DNA of 63,082 nt, the filler included, from Reticulomyxa filosa (taxonomy: Eukaryota; Protista; Foraminifera), in the NCBI GenBank assembly GCA_000512085.1. It is 20 parts of 20 records of this genome, joined end to end, with 100 filler letters (N's around TTAATTAATTAA, not from the genome) between each part and the next. Parts side by side here need not be neighbours in the genome. Positions count along the whole stretch, not along the records: positions 1 to 4,746 come from ASPP01027039.1; positions 4,847 to 8,577 come from ASPP01017731.1; positions 8,678 to 16,471 come from ASPP01009182.1; 17 more parts are not named here. One strand, written 5' to 3'. The translations under genes and the position numbers were made by a program. The notes under the pieces are model-generated. The model had not been told where the DNA came from and did not search any database. It saw nothing but the letters and a program-made list of their open reading frames with translations. Position 1 is the first letter of the stretch. Every line of letters starts with the position of its first letter. Below, piece after piece: positions 1 to 12,347 of the stretch.

Positions 1-469
1 TTTTTTTTTTTTTATTTAATAGATTTCGTGGCTTCTTTTGGAAATGTGCAAGAGTAGGAGAAAGAAAATCAGAATGGGTTGCATTATTTTGTGCTTGCAT
101 GAGTTTTGCTATTCTCTTTAGATAATAAATCAATCCTTTCTCATGCTTATTCATGCAATATTTATGTTTATTCTTTTACTTGAATTTGGATAAGAAGGTT
201 GCAAAAAGTTGTGTTTTTAAGATACTACCAAAAATGGCCACAAATTAAATAACAGTAATAATAAAAAAGAAACAAAAATCATTTATATCTCTTCACCTTA
301 AAATATGTATATCTCACAAGTGCATTGTCTTGACCTTCGTATGTATTTAAAGTGATAATATTTTGAGATTCGTTACATTGTCGCAAACATCAAGATCACA
401 ATCACCTATTAAAAAAAAGAATTAAACATTAAAATGCTTTTTTAATTTATTTTTTTCTTACCAAAATGT

Positions 470-1300
470 GGTCCTTATTGTCTCGAGCATTGGACTGTTT
501 GCACTTCATATCCAAACTTGATGGGAAACGTTTGGGGCTTGAAGACAGCAATTCTCAATGAGTAAAAAAAGCTTCTTTATCTTGTGTTGATATGCTTTCG
601 ACTTATTGGACCACCGGCTTAAGTTTGTATCCTCCAAAAACGTCATTTTGTGTTGATCTCACAATTGTGAGAGTGGTCTGTCATGAAATGTGTGCTTCGA
701 AATTATATTTACTTCAATAATATTGTAATTTACCTTCATTTGCTTGTTTTCTGGCAACTATTTCAGCAATTGACCTAAATCTTGATTATTGATTATGAAC
801 GAATGCATTATTTTGTCATCATTGTTATCGCTGTCGTCATATTTCATTACTTCCAATTGACATAAGCATGTGTAATCTGTTCTGTTGATCGCCTTCCATT
901 CAATGAAGACAGTTGAACAATAAGTCTTTATCTTTAGGATAGGAGAATATAGAGCAAAGCATCCTTGCACCTTAAGGTTTGTCTGCCTTGTAAGCAGAAG
1001 GCTAACTTTTCAACTAGTTCATTTGCTTCTTCAGTTGACATAAATGAAATATTGAGTTCAGTGTTTGATAACAATTTTTCTTAATGTCTTCGTATTCTTT
1101 ATAGATATTTTGCAATTGCAACATATTCAACTGCTTTGAAACGGAATAATGCACTTTTTGTACTAATTGCTCATAATACAAATTAATCCGTTCTATTGTC
1201 TCTGCTGAGATCGTTCGATTGCTACAGTAGATATTGCTTGTTTTCTTATATTCCTCTCGCTTCTCTTTGCATAGTCAAATCCAATCTTTACTGCCTTTTT
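470..1300 (-). pseudogene. Decayed TLDc-domain gene
   Basis: Minus-strand translation near 560-700 reads TTLTIVRSTQNDVFGGYK...STQDKEAFF, matching the TLDc core (PTLxIIKSxxGxIFGGY...DxxAFLF). It carries in-frame stops and frameshifts; upstream is coiled-coil-like debris. Confidence 0.55.
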
Positions 1301-3009
1301 TTTATCTGGCAAGATATATGATAATTTCATGTTTACAGGTCGACCGCTGTATGATTTCCATTAAAAAACTATTGTTCTTCAGCTGACGGTGATTCACACG
1401 TTTGCAAACGTTGAATGTTTTGTTTCATCGTAGAAGCAAGACAAATGATTTATGTTTTGTCAAAATTTGTGCTGGTGTTTGTCGCGTCTCCAAAAATTTT
1501 AGCAAGACAAGGACACTCAAACAAAACAAGCGTTAAGAAAAACTTTTTCACGTCCAACAATATTTCTCAAGAAAAAAGTGTGATATTCCATTCTATTTAA
1601 TTATTCATTCCAAAGAACACTTATACTTTTCAATTATATGTTGTTTTTGGAATCACAATTATACAAAAGATTGAAACAAAAATGAAAATGATATGTTGTA
1701 AAAAATTTCAACAATTATTTGATTTTTTTAATTTTTAATGCTAAAATATTTCAAAAACTACAACTTCATAATCTTTTTTCGTATTAAATGCACAAAATGT
1801 TGTACATTTCATTAAAATAGATATTTGCGATTTAAGTTGATCTTGCTTAGTAAAAAAAGATATAATAAAGAAGTATTTTCCGTAATGAAAAATATCACTG
1901 AATCTCAAAGTTAAAAAATTGTAAAAAAAACAACTGCTTGAAATTTTTCTTTTCAAATTTAAAGATTAAATTTTCAAATAAGAATGGATTTCAATTTTTA
2001 TGTTTTGAACATCAAGATTTGGTCTTGACCCTTTCATTTAGCATGTATATATTCAATAACATTCAAATTTTGCTAAAGGAGAAGAAGGCAAAAATGTGGT
2101 TGTAATGAAACTGCTTGTACTAAAGCACAAACGGAAACTTCAAAACTTAAATTACATGATGAAGTAGCACGTTAGTCGAAGCAGATTGCAAATTATGTGG
2201 AACAACTGAAGAAAGATTTGTAAACCAGAAGGGAAACAAAAAGAAGAACAACGTGGCCAAACAAGAAAAAAAAGATAACAATATATGAACTTGGAAGATT
2301 TATTATATATAATGTTTTTGACATATGTGCATATAGTGCAATTGAGGACAGAATACTAAATGGTGATAATTCAGAGTTTTCAACAAATAACCCAAATGTG
2401 TGAGAAGAATGAAGCAAAACGTTTGTTTGTTAATTTGTATTTTTTTTTAATTATTATGTTTTTAACAATATTATCAAGGTCACAATATACTTGAAAAGAG
2501 TTTTTTTTTGAAAAGTTATATATAAATATATAACTTTTGTTGATATAGTTATGAGTTTGTGTGTATATGTTGATGGCCTTTATAGTGATGACTGTGCGAA
2601 ATCTTTTTTAATGATAAAAGTAGTTTGTGATGATGTGTGATGTCTTATGCTGAAAATAACTACACAAAGTGTAATACAAAATTTGATTAGAAAACTTTCA
2701 ACAAAACAAAATTTGTTAAATAACGAGAAATAATGATTAAAAACAAACAAGCAAAAACTAAGAAGAACGAAAAACTTATTATTGAATTTAATGTGAACCA
2801 GAATAAATGAAGTTATGATGTTCACTTGGATTTCTGATAATTATTAGTACTAAAATGATGTTGCCAACTTTTTTTCTCAAACAAAAAAAAACTTAATTGG
2901 AATAAAAATTGAAAACACATTTCAAATCGCAAATCTATGTAGCATCAATTCTTCATGATCCAGTAATTCGTAACTATTTTTGAAAAAAAAAAATCAAGAC
3001 TAATTGATA

Positions 3010-3090
3010 TCAGTCGGGGCGTGGATTCGAACAATGGGCGGACACTGCATAGCACATCACTACGCTTCCTTTCGGTTGCACCATTAGTGA
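3010..3090 (-). ncRNA. Degenerate tRNA-derived / Pol III promoter-like element
   Basis: GC-rich island in AT-rich DNA. Minus strand has A-box-like TGGTGCAACCG and B-box GTTCGAATCC, but the stems do not pair well. Confidence 0.3.
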
Positions 3091-3559
3091 ATTGTATGAT
3101 AACTAAAATTTGGTGATAAAGTCCAAATTTTTTAACTAATTTTTTTGGGTTTTTTCTTATTTGTTTTGTGCTTTGCCTTATGTCTCTGGTGTCCTGTTTT
3201 TTTGTCATTGCTTATTCGAAAACTGCTTTTCTTAGTTGCCAGTGTATGAGATCGCGGAAAACTTAACAACAAATGATAGTTATGATTGCCTTCTTTCTTA
3301 AAATTACGAAAAAAAACGAAATTAGATATAAAAGAAAGAGGAGATCTCATGTAAGAGTTACATCAAAGAACTGTCTTTAGATTTGATTACTTACAATAGT
3401 TTTTTTAATGGCATATCACACTTGAATGATTTGAATGCAATATAAATACAACTGAAAAGAATGAAATTATTTGAAATGATTTTGGCTCTCTTTCTTTCTG
3501 TATACAATTAACAAAAATGTTCAATACAAGAAGACAATTGTCTGGAGAAAAAACTACAA

Positions 3560-4696
3560 TTAAACAGTATAGAACGTGGTTGTGGAATGACTAATGGTAT
3601 TTCGATTAGAGGGAACAGTGCCACTCTGTTGAATTTGTTGAGGTGTCCTGGGCACTCCAGCTTGAAATGTTTGTGTTTTGGTGTGCCCCAGCTTGGGATT
3701 GTTTGTTTTTTTATTGTTATCTTGAGGAAGTGGCGAAGATTTGGAAGCATCAATGGCCGATGCCCTGCGACTCTCCGTCGACTTGCTATGACGAGGTTCG
3801 AGTGACTGTTTTCCAATAGAATTTTGAGCAATAAATATTTGAATGTACTGTTCCAGAGTGTGATTACCTAAAATATCGAGCCACCCTTTTGGAGTCAGCT
3901 TGAGTTTGCTGTATCCAGATACGTCTTCATCCTCGTCCAGCACACACATGTATCGATCACACCATTGCAAGTCTTTTTCCATTTCCTGCAATTTCTCGGT
4001 CAGTTTGACTCTCATGTCCTGAAGTTTGGTCAACTTTTCACGCTCTTTGTCTGTGAGTTGATCATTCGACTTCAGAGTGGTCTGCGCGGCCGTGGCCGAC
4101 GGACTTGTAACCAAGCACTCGGAACAGCGAAGATCAGTTAGTTTTAATTGAATACGTATTTCCTCGCCCGTCATCTTGTCGACCATTTTGATTGGCGGAT
4201 GAAATGACAGCAACTCATTGAACGGTATCAAAGTCATTGGTTAACAAGGGCCTGTCGTTGTTGTTGATAGAATTGAAGATGTAATACGTGCCAAGAGGAC
4301 CATAGCAATGCAACAAGTCTTGGTGCATTTCAATGTAATGGAACAATTTGCTGACGGTATTGCGAACATTCGTTTTCAGCACCGAGTTCATAAACTTGGG
4401 CAGGGAGAATGCATGTCTCACCTGATCGGCCAGCACTTGTTTCAGCATGTAAGGGATGACACCTCTGACCCACGATTTGCAAAACGGCATCCGCGGAATG
4501 GGGTCCATCTTGTTCACAACGTGATGGGATATGTTGTGCAGTCGTCTCAAGTAGTGCTTGGCCATTGGAGACAGCTCGTTCCATGGATGTTCGATGGCAA
4601 TCACCATGGGTGCGCCATACGTCACCACGGTTAGCGGCGAGGACTCCGATTCACTCATCAGGTACTCCAGCGCAAACAACACCGCCAGGCCTCCTC
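3560..4696 (-). CDS. Class-3 lipase (Lipase_3) domain protein with C-terminal coiled coil and SAM-like segment; 5'-partial, one frameshift at ~4221
   Basis: Exon starts GGLAVLFAL (tail of GHSxGG), followed by VVTYGAP and VNKMDPIPRMP. ORFs 4215-4682 and 3560-4237 join if one base is removed at GTTCAATGA. Confidence 0.75.
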
Positions 4697-4746
4697 CTGT
4701 TCATGCATGCTTACGTATTCACAAAAGAAACATATATACATATATA

Positions 4747-4846
4747 NNNNNNNNNNNNNNNNNNNNNNNNNNNNNNNNNNNNNNNNNNNNTTAATTAATT
4801 AANNNNNNNNNNNNNNNNNNNNNNNNNNNNNNNNNNNNNNNNNNNN
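4747..4846. other. Artificial contig linker (44N-TTAATTAATTAA-44N); identical copies start at 4747, 8578, 16472, 18416, 20110, 21440, 26540, 28226, 33395, 38753, 40613, 41994, 48196, 51397, 53257, 54714, 57206, 59750, 61408
   Basis: Identical 100-bp structure recurs 19 times; the 12-mer gives stop codons in all six frames, as in a standard concatenation spacer. Confidence 0.98.
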
Positions 4847-5170
4847 TCTAGGATTGTACATTGCTCACGGCAAAAAATTCAACCATTGTGAACAGAGACT
4901 TTGAATTACATACAACTAGTCGTTGTTGGACAGAGAAACAAACTATTCGGCTAAAAAGATGGACACGTCCTCGCGTGAATACTGCTGATTTTTGAGCAAA
5001 TACACAGCTTGAACCACTGGCAGTGCGTACCACGGCCCTGACGCCGCTAACCGAGTGACCGCTTCTTGCACCGTTGATATGTTCGCTGCTTGGATAGCTG
5101 CAGCAGCTTGAGAAACAAGTTGTTCCACTTGCTCCATTGTCAGAGTATTGGTTGCTTGAGGCTGTTCCAT
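4847..5170 (-). CDS. First exon of an unknown helical protein (3'-partial)
   Basis: ATG-initiated, coding-like 75 aa; ends at a probable GTTTGT donor near 4943. Confidence 0.5.
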
Positions 5171-6701
5171 CTTTCTATGCTATCGATTATCCAGAGAGAA
5201 AAAAAACACACGTGACCGTTTGGTGCTTTGTCCTTTCCTTAAAAAAAAATACTTTTGTACAAATAACTGTCAATTAGAAAAGATAATATAACCTCAATTC
5301 TGTTGATGAATTTATGCTTTAGACAACACTAGTGTACAAATTTCTGATCGGGTAATATAAAACTTGAATATTTATTTACCAAAAGCGAAAGAATTTGTTA
5401 TTAACAAAAAAATTGCAATAGATGCAATTTTACATAAAACTGATTGAATAAGACAAAAAATATTTCTTACAATTATCAAGCAATATTTCCAACCATAAAT
5501 TTTTTATATGCATCATTCCATTTGTGTCACCATATATTCACCACAATCTCCACTCTTTATCCGGTTGCGATATCCAGACTTTTAAGGAAAGTCACAAAAC
5601 ATATTTTCCAAATTGTAATATTGCATTATCGGTCCAAAAACATCTTCCGGATCTGTTTTTTCTTGCTTCCATATAGTTGGCACGTAATTTTTGGAGCTAG
5701 GCCATAAAGGCACGTGCTTAGTGTTGTCATGTTTGTCATCAAAAAAGTCACTATTTGTTTATTTTCAATTGTTTGTCTGCAATAGTTTGGGACCAATATG
5801 TTCGATTTAGGACTGAACATAAGGGAATTTAAAAGAAAAAAATATTCTTTTTTCAATAATCTAAACTAAAATAATATTAAATTGTGGGCATGAAGATGTT
5901 GTTATTGGGGCTCTTCAGGAAATCAGACGACTGAAACTCCACCAACTAGCCTTCAGCAGTCGGAAGATAAAAGCGTAACAACGAACGAAACAACAGAAGA
6001 CAAACATGAGAAAAAAGAAGAAAAAGCGAAGGGAGTGTGAAAGCGAATAAAGAAAATAGCGACAATACAGTATGTTGCAAAGAAAACTGAAAGCCTAAAC
6101 GATATCTTATGATGATAATTGATTTTCTCCATGAAAAATCAACATTTATAACTAATTTTTAAAATATCTACAAATATTGTATTTTTTATATTTTAATTTT
6201 ATTTTATTTTTTTTATTTTTATTATTATTTTTTTTTATTGAAGTCCTTTTTTTGTTGTGATATCTTCAACATTAAAATTTTAATCATTCAGCATACAAAG
6301 GGAATAAACTGTAATAAAAGAATATGATTTTTCTAAAAGACTATGAATGATACAAGCATAATTTTTTAAAAAAAGTATCTACGCGACTTGGAGGTTTCTA
6401 AAATGTAAACAAAAAAAAAGTTATTAAAAAACCAATACATATTTAAAAACTACAATATTTGTAGCTATTAAAAAAAAATTAAGCATAAATGTTGATTTTT
6501 CATTGAGAAAATCAATTATCATCATAAGATATCGTTTTAGGCGTTCAGTTTTCTTTACAACATAACGCATATGAACTAAATGATTTCTAATGTATTGTTA
6601 ATGAACATTATCATCTTATTGAAATTTTTGAAAAGTGCTTTCGAACTTGCAAGATTTGATTCTGAAAATAATTTTAAATGATATGTTTTAATTTTTTTAT
6701 T

Positions 6702-7766
6702 CTACTTTTTGTCACTTTTCAATCTCTTCTTAGCTGATTTGGTTGAAGATGATGTTTGCGAATGAGATACAGCATTGAGCATAGCATCTAACTTTGCAGT
6801 GTCATTAGGTACAGTGATAGCACTCCATCCACCCTGTGCAGTAATGCCTCCGTCAACAACAATATTTTGTCCAGTCAACCAAGATACTCGATCACTTCGG
6901 CATAAAAAATAAGTTAGTTCAGCCACTTCCAAAGGTTGTCCTAATCGATTCATAGGATACTTTTTACTAATCTCTTCTAAACTGACACCAAACTCTTTAT
7001 AATTCTTTTCAATCAATGGAGTACGAATTGTGCCAGGACTGATACTGTTGACACGAATAAAAGGAGAATATTCACAAGCCATTTGTTTAGTCAGAGTTAA
7101 AACAGCACCTTTCATTGCTGCATATACACTGACTCCTTTTTCACAAGCCAATCCTTGGACAGATGCCATATTGATAATGTGATTATAATTCACCGTTTTG
7201 TCCTCCAAATGCTTACGCGCTTGCCGCAACATATGCGGGATTACATATTTACTCAAATAAAATACACTATTAAAATTTACATTGATAGTTTCCATCCATG
7301 TTTCATTCGATAATTCGTGCAAGGGGATTCCTTTTTGTCATTTAGTAATATACAAACAACAAATCAGATGTAAAAATGAATAACAAAAATTACCATTTCC
7401 AGGCTGAATGGCTGCATTATTTATTAAAATATCAATTCCTTGAAACTCAGACACTATATAATCTACAGCTTTTTGTGCATTTGATGCATTCGATATATCC
7501 AAATGTAAAAATTTCACAAATTTTCCTTCTTTCTTTTTTGAAAATAGTTCTTCCATTTCTTCATTTCTTTGTTTGCTGATATCAACAGATAACACCTTGC
7601 ACTTCTTTTCTGCTAATAGCTCTGTGATCGCTTTGCCAAGACCACTAGAACCACCTGAGATCATCACTCGCAAGCTTGGAGAAGCTTGCTCACAGAATTT
7701 TCGTGAATTCGAAAGCAAATTACGCTTACACGACCTCACCAAAGGATTTAAGACTTGTGAAAACAT
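6702..7766 (-). CDS. Short-chain dehydrogenase/reductase, 2 exons (intron 7331-7393), probable mitochondrial presequence
   Basis: SGGSSGLG Rossmann motif, DILINNAA, ASVQG, YAAMK (YxxxK), VNSISPG, TGQNIVVDGG. The GT-AG intron joins both ORFs in frame (PGN-G-IPLHE). Confidence 0.93.
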
Positions 7767-8226
7767 GGGATAGAACTTAGAAAATATTAGTATTTTCAGA
7801 AGAAACGTCCCCTAAACTTTTGGTTTGTTTACAAGTTTGGTCAAAGAGAAGATATAATTTTTTTAAACAAAATGGAAATCAAAAATAGTTTTTTTAATAA
7901 GTGATATTGTTCTCTTTCAAAGCTGATGCTGGCAGTTTGTGAAATTCGATTCTGAGGGTTAGCGTGTAAGAAACTGTTTCAGCAAGGCAATTGTTTGATT
8001 GTGTACCAAAACAATCTTATATTATCTGTCAAGGGTTAAAACCGCACAAATGATAATAGTCTCAATGAAACCAATCCCTAATATTTTTGTTGGATGTTTG
8101 GGAAAAAAGTGGTTTTGAATTTCAAGATAAGTAAACAATTGAAAAAATTATTATAATAGTTGTGTTTAATTTGACAATCTTTTTCTCAAATTGATGAAGC
8201 AGTAATCACGAGTACCTAATCAAAAA

Positions 8227-8545
8227 CTTAGAAAAACGTCGAGCATCAAGTTTTCTTCCTCCCTTGTATGTTCTGCAAATGCAAAAAAAAAAAAAAAAAA
8301 GGGATGAAGACTTGGAATAAAGGTTTGTTTATGTTTATATATGATGTTAAAATCTGCCCAAGCGTTTTACAATTTGTAAAAGCAAGACTAAAAAAACTGT
8401 TGTTTGAATTTTTGGTATACGTTTATTGTTTTTTGGACTGATCAGTGACTTCGTCTTGATGACCATTTTGCAATTGATCTGAAATCCCTGCACGAATGTG
8501 TTCAACCAATGATCGCTTCATTTGATCTGGCCTGTACGAATTTGA
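8227..8545 (-). CDS. 3' exon fragment(s) of an unidentified gene
   Basis: Coding-like RPDQMKRSLVEHIRAGISDQLQNGHQDE and EHTREEENLMLDVF* next to intron-like tracts at a contig end. Confidence 0.35.
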
Positions 8546-8677
8546 ATAAAATTCATATTTAAAAAAAAAAAAAAAAANNNNNNNNNNNNNNNNNNNNNNN
8601 NNNNNNNNNNNNNNNNNNNNNTTAATTAATTAANNNNNNNNNNNNNNNNNNNNNNNNNNNNNNNNNNNNNNNNNNNN

Positions 8678-9828
8678 TAACAATAACAATAACAATAACA
8701 ATAACAATAACAATAGCAATGTGAGTCTGAATAAAAGCAATAGTAATAGTAACAACAACAGCAATAACAATAGTGATGGGAGCAGTAATGGAACAGTCCA
8801 CCATTATCCCAATCGAAACGATAACACTTTCCAAAAATACGCCGACAACGTTAACGTTTATCGAGACATTCCGGAGCCGGCCAATAGCTCAACTTTGTTC
8901 CGCAATTATTGTTTTTCATCTCCAACTAATCCTAACAATTTTGTTAGTTTTCCAGTTATGTACATACGACGTTTTTTTTTTTTTTTATTTATAAAATTGC
9001 TATTATTTTTGTTATTTGTCCGTCTATTCTTTTCCCAAAAAAAAAAAAAAAAAAAAAAAAAGGCACTGCGGCATACACAACAACTACTTATGCCCCAAAT
9101 ATTACAAACGACAACTCAAAATCCAAACACAAAAAACAAACGGAACATTCGAACGACGCAAATAAGAGGTCTTTGTACAAAACAGTTTTGTTTTGCGTTA
9201 TCCGTTTGTTCTTTCTCTCTCATGTGCTTCTCTCCAAACCTTGCCTCTTCTTCTCTATCCCCTCTCCTCCGATCATCAAAAAAAAATAAATTTTTTTTTC
9301 TGATCGACTAAACTCTGTTTTTTTTTTTGCCCTTATTAGTTATACGTATCCTTGAATAAGTACATTAGATCAACCAAAAAAAAAAATGAGTTTGGACAAC
9401 ATAACATGTGAAACGCCTCCCACATAACAAAAAGGAGTTGTGTGAGAATTGGAAACTAACTGGACATTGCACATATGGTAACAAGTGTCACTTTGCTCAC
9501 GGCGATAAGGATGTCCAAGAGCGCAAGCGTCTGGAAAATTACAAAACGCAGCCGTGCAGTGATCCTGCTCGCCAAGGGTCGCGTCGATGCACTTATGGCC
9601 GAAGATGCAACTATTGTCACCCTGGAGAACCCATTCGACGACCTTTCCCTGGGGTTTGTTTTTGTGCAATGTCTCAGCATAAAACTGATCAATGTCTCTC
9701 TTTCGACTAACATTTGGAATTTTTGTTGTGTAAAAAAAAAAAAGCCATATTATGACAAAGACTATTTTGAAGCTTTGAAGCAAGAATTTGGGTGCGACAA
9801 TGAATTTCCTTTTGGCATATATATTTGA
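8678..9828 (+). CDS. Tandem CCCH zinc-finger (TIS11/TTP-like) RNA-binding protein, multi-exon, 5'-partial
   Basis: KKELC-x8-C-x5-C-x3-H, 18-aa linker, YKTQPC-x10-C-x5-C-x3-H; last exon PYYDKDYF...GIYI* follows an intron ending AAAAAAAG at ~9743. Confidence 0.88.
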
Positions 9829-10513
9829 GAGAAGGAGCGTTATAAAATACTTAACAACAACTTTTTAAAAAAAAATGTAGACGTTTACAGTCGGAGAAAC
9901 AATTTTTTTTTTTTTGTTCCTAATTCACACTCAGTAGGAAGAGGGAAGGGGTTTATGGGTTGAGAAAAGGAAGGAAAAAAAAAAGAAAAAAGTTGTAGCT
10001 AAAATTTTGTAGTGTTTCTTTTTTTCATTTTTTTTTTTCATTTTTTGTGAATGCACAGGCTGGGAAACTGATTTTGATCATATTCACATTTTTGTTCATG
10101 TTGTTATTGTCTTTTACTTGTAAGTCGTTGGTTGTGTTTTTTTTAAAAAGAGAAAGTGGTAACAATTAGACAATTCGATGCTTCCCAAAACATTGACTTA
10201 AATCTTTTGGATTGTTTTTGCTTTGTTTTGTTTTTCCCAAAGAAAACTTCCGAGCACTACAACAAAAAAACAATTCCAACGCAACTAGGAAAGATAATAC
10301 GGCCTTTTTTTTATTGTTTTTTTGTTTAATAGTGAGAGGAAAAAAAGATTTTTGAGTTTTAATTGAAAATGTTCGGAACTTTAAAACAGTGTGGACAATG
10401 AAGAATTTGATTTAATAACTTGGCTGAGCAGAGGAAGAAAAAAGGGAACATAAAAAAAATTGTGAGAATGGACAATGACGAGTTCAGCTTTACTTTTTTT
10501 AAAAAAAAAGCGT

Positions 10514-11389
10514 TTAATAAATAAGAAAAGGGTTTTCGTTAGTCCGTGGTTGTTTCAATTTATGAGTATTTTGAGTATATAGAAAATAGATGCAGCAGTA
10601 GTGTTCTTTTAAATCATTACAAACGCACTTAAGCTGAACAAATTGTGACAAATCGAATGCAATTAAAGCATAGCGAAAACTGGAAATATGAGGGTGTTTG
10701 CAAATGTCGGTAATGTATTTGCTTCGATCGACAAAATATGAAGACAAGGTATCAAGACAAGTTTGAGAGGCTTTCTCAAACTCTATTAATGCGTCTAATA
10801 CGTGCTTTTGCACTTCCACACCAAAATTGTTTTCTTCTTGCATATCTGGGACACTTAAGAATATACTCAATTTTAAATCATTGGCGACTTCCCACGCGTC
10901 ATTTATTTCATCATTTACTTTCTCGATTATTGGCGCTAGTAATGGATTGCATTCGTTTTCACTTTGTAATCGTCTCCTTTCTTCTTCCGTATGTTTTGAG
11001 TATCGGAAATATTGTGTTACACTTTGTTCTTTTGGTCGTTCGTTTGATTTTTTTTGCTTTTTTGTTGGTGGAGCTGTTGCTGCTGACATGTCATCCCCTG
11101 CTTCGTTCACATTTACTATACAGGGCTTGGATTGCTGTTGTTTAAACTTTTCATTTATTTCTTTTAGTAATTTTTCCAAGATTTTTACTTTTTCTGGAAG
11201 GATCTTGTACACTATGTCGTCAGCTTTTTTTTTTGTAAACTTTTTCAGCTCTTCTATTTTCTTGTTTGTCTCCTCTAATTTTTCTTTTTGATCTCTTTTA
11301 CTCAAGCTTTTAAAACTCGAAATTGTGATTATATCACCACTTTCATATGTTTCATCTAACAAATTTTTCAATGCTTGAGTTTGTGACAT
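10514..11389 (-). CDS. PSME3: Proteasome activator PA28/REG (gamma-like), single exon
   Basis: Activation-loop region LSVPDMQEENNFGVEVQ (cf. IEDGNNFGVSIQ), KHPHISSFR, C-terminal KLKQPR, and an NLS-like PPTKKQKK insert. Confidence 0.88.
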   Translation of the reverse strand: MSQTQALKNLLDETYESGDIITISSFKSLSKRDQKEKLEETNKKIEELKKFTKKKADDIVYKILPEKVKILEKLLKEINEKFKQQQSKPCIVNVNEAGDDMSAATAPPTKKQKKSNERPKEQSVTQYFRYSKHTEEERRRLQSENECNPLLAPIIEKVNDEINDAWEVANDLKLSIFLSVPDMQEENNFGVEVQKHVLDALIEFEKASQTCLDTLSSYFVDRSKYITDICKHPHISSFRYALIAFDLSQFVQLKCVCNDLKEHYCCIYFLYTQNTHKLKQPRTNENPFLIY

Positions 11390-11810
11390 TATCTTATTTT
11401 CAATTTTTTTTTTTTTCCCCTTAAGGTTCCGTCTTTCTTTTTTTTTATTTGTCTTTTTTGTTTATTTATTTTTGCCTCTTATTTTGTCCAGAGAGATAAT
11501 TTCTGGATCAATACTACTGAGGATCATTACACTGGTCGTAAACATCACTTTTAAGCTTAATTCAACATAAATTAATTGGCCTCAAATAAAATTAATTTAT
11601 CAACTGATGTACAAAAACGAAGCAATTCATGCCTCATAAATATGATATATTAGTTGAGAGGTGCTGAAGGACGTCCAACCACAAAACTGTTCCAAAGTTC
11701 AGTATTAAGACACCTCCCAATAAAAGGTCAGTTTCTTCTTTGAGACGAAACAAAAAAAGGTAAAGATTGAAAATTAAATCATAGCAATACAAACAAACAT
11801 AAAAAGACAC

Positions 11811-12347
11811 ATGCAATACCGCAATACAGCGGAAGAGGACGCGAAGTTGCCAGAATATACACTAGACTACATTGAATCACAAAACAAAAACGATAAGTTA
11901 TGGATGGTAATTTATGGAAGAGTTTATGACCTCACAAATTTTAAGCTTGAGCATCCTGGAGGATCTGATATTCTTTCAAGAAATAGAGTAAATGGAGGAG
12001 GCTATGAACTAGGTTCATTTTTTTTTATGAAAAAAATAACGTCTTGTCATGTTCCAAAAAATCGCAAGCCGATTATATACCACTTTTTGGTTGAGTGAAC
12101 AGATGCAACAATTGATTTTGAAAACGTTTTTCATTCAAAACAAGCACGCAATAAAGCCAAAGCTTTTTTAGTTGGCAAGGTGAAAAATGCAAAACTGGGA
12201 AATTTATTTCAAGTGGTTGACCAAAGTGATGCAAATACTGAATCAGCAATGTCTGCATCAGGTGGAACTGTTGTCAACACTATAGTTACCTTAGGTATTT
12301 TGGGGATTGGTACAATAATGGCTTATCAAATTTTTATTCGTCAGTAA
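11811..12347 (+). CDS. Tail-anchored cytochrome b5 (intron 12013-12102; start uncertain)
   Basis: WMVIYGRVYDLTNF, HPGG heme ligand, DATIDFENVFHS second His, and C-terminal TM helix IVTLGILGIGTIMAYQIFI. Confidence 0.88.

Noticed and set aside
4215-4237. Programmed ribosomal frameshifting (single-base shifts at ~4221, ~18013, ~28862, ~32575, ~38730, ~54175; the first resembles a Euplotes-type codon-stop +1 site)
   Set aside because: Shifts go in both directions, share no motif, and each is fixed by +/-1 base in a homopolymer run, the signature of pyrosequencing-type error. Raw reads or cDNA would settle it.
4791-4802. Recurrent TTAATTAATTAA palindrome as a biological motif
   Set aside because: Always centred in exactly 44+44 Ns; it is an artificial linker.
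11980-12100. Possible in-frame TGA (recoding) in cytochrome b5 if spliced at GTAAAT..TTGAG
   Set aside because: An alternative GT-AG intron, 12013-12102, gives an open frame with no recoding.
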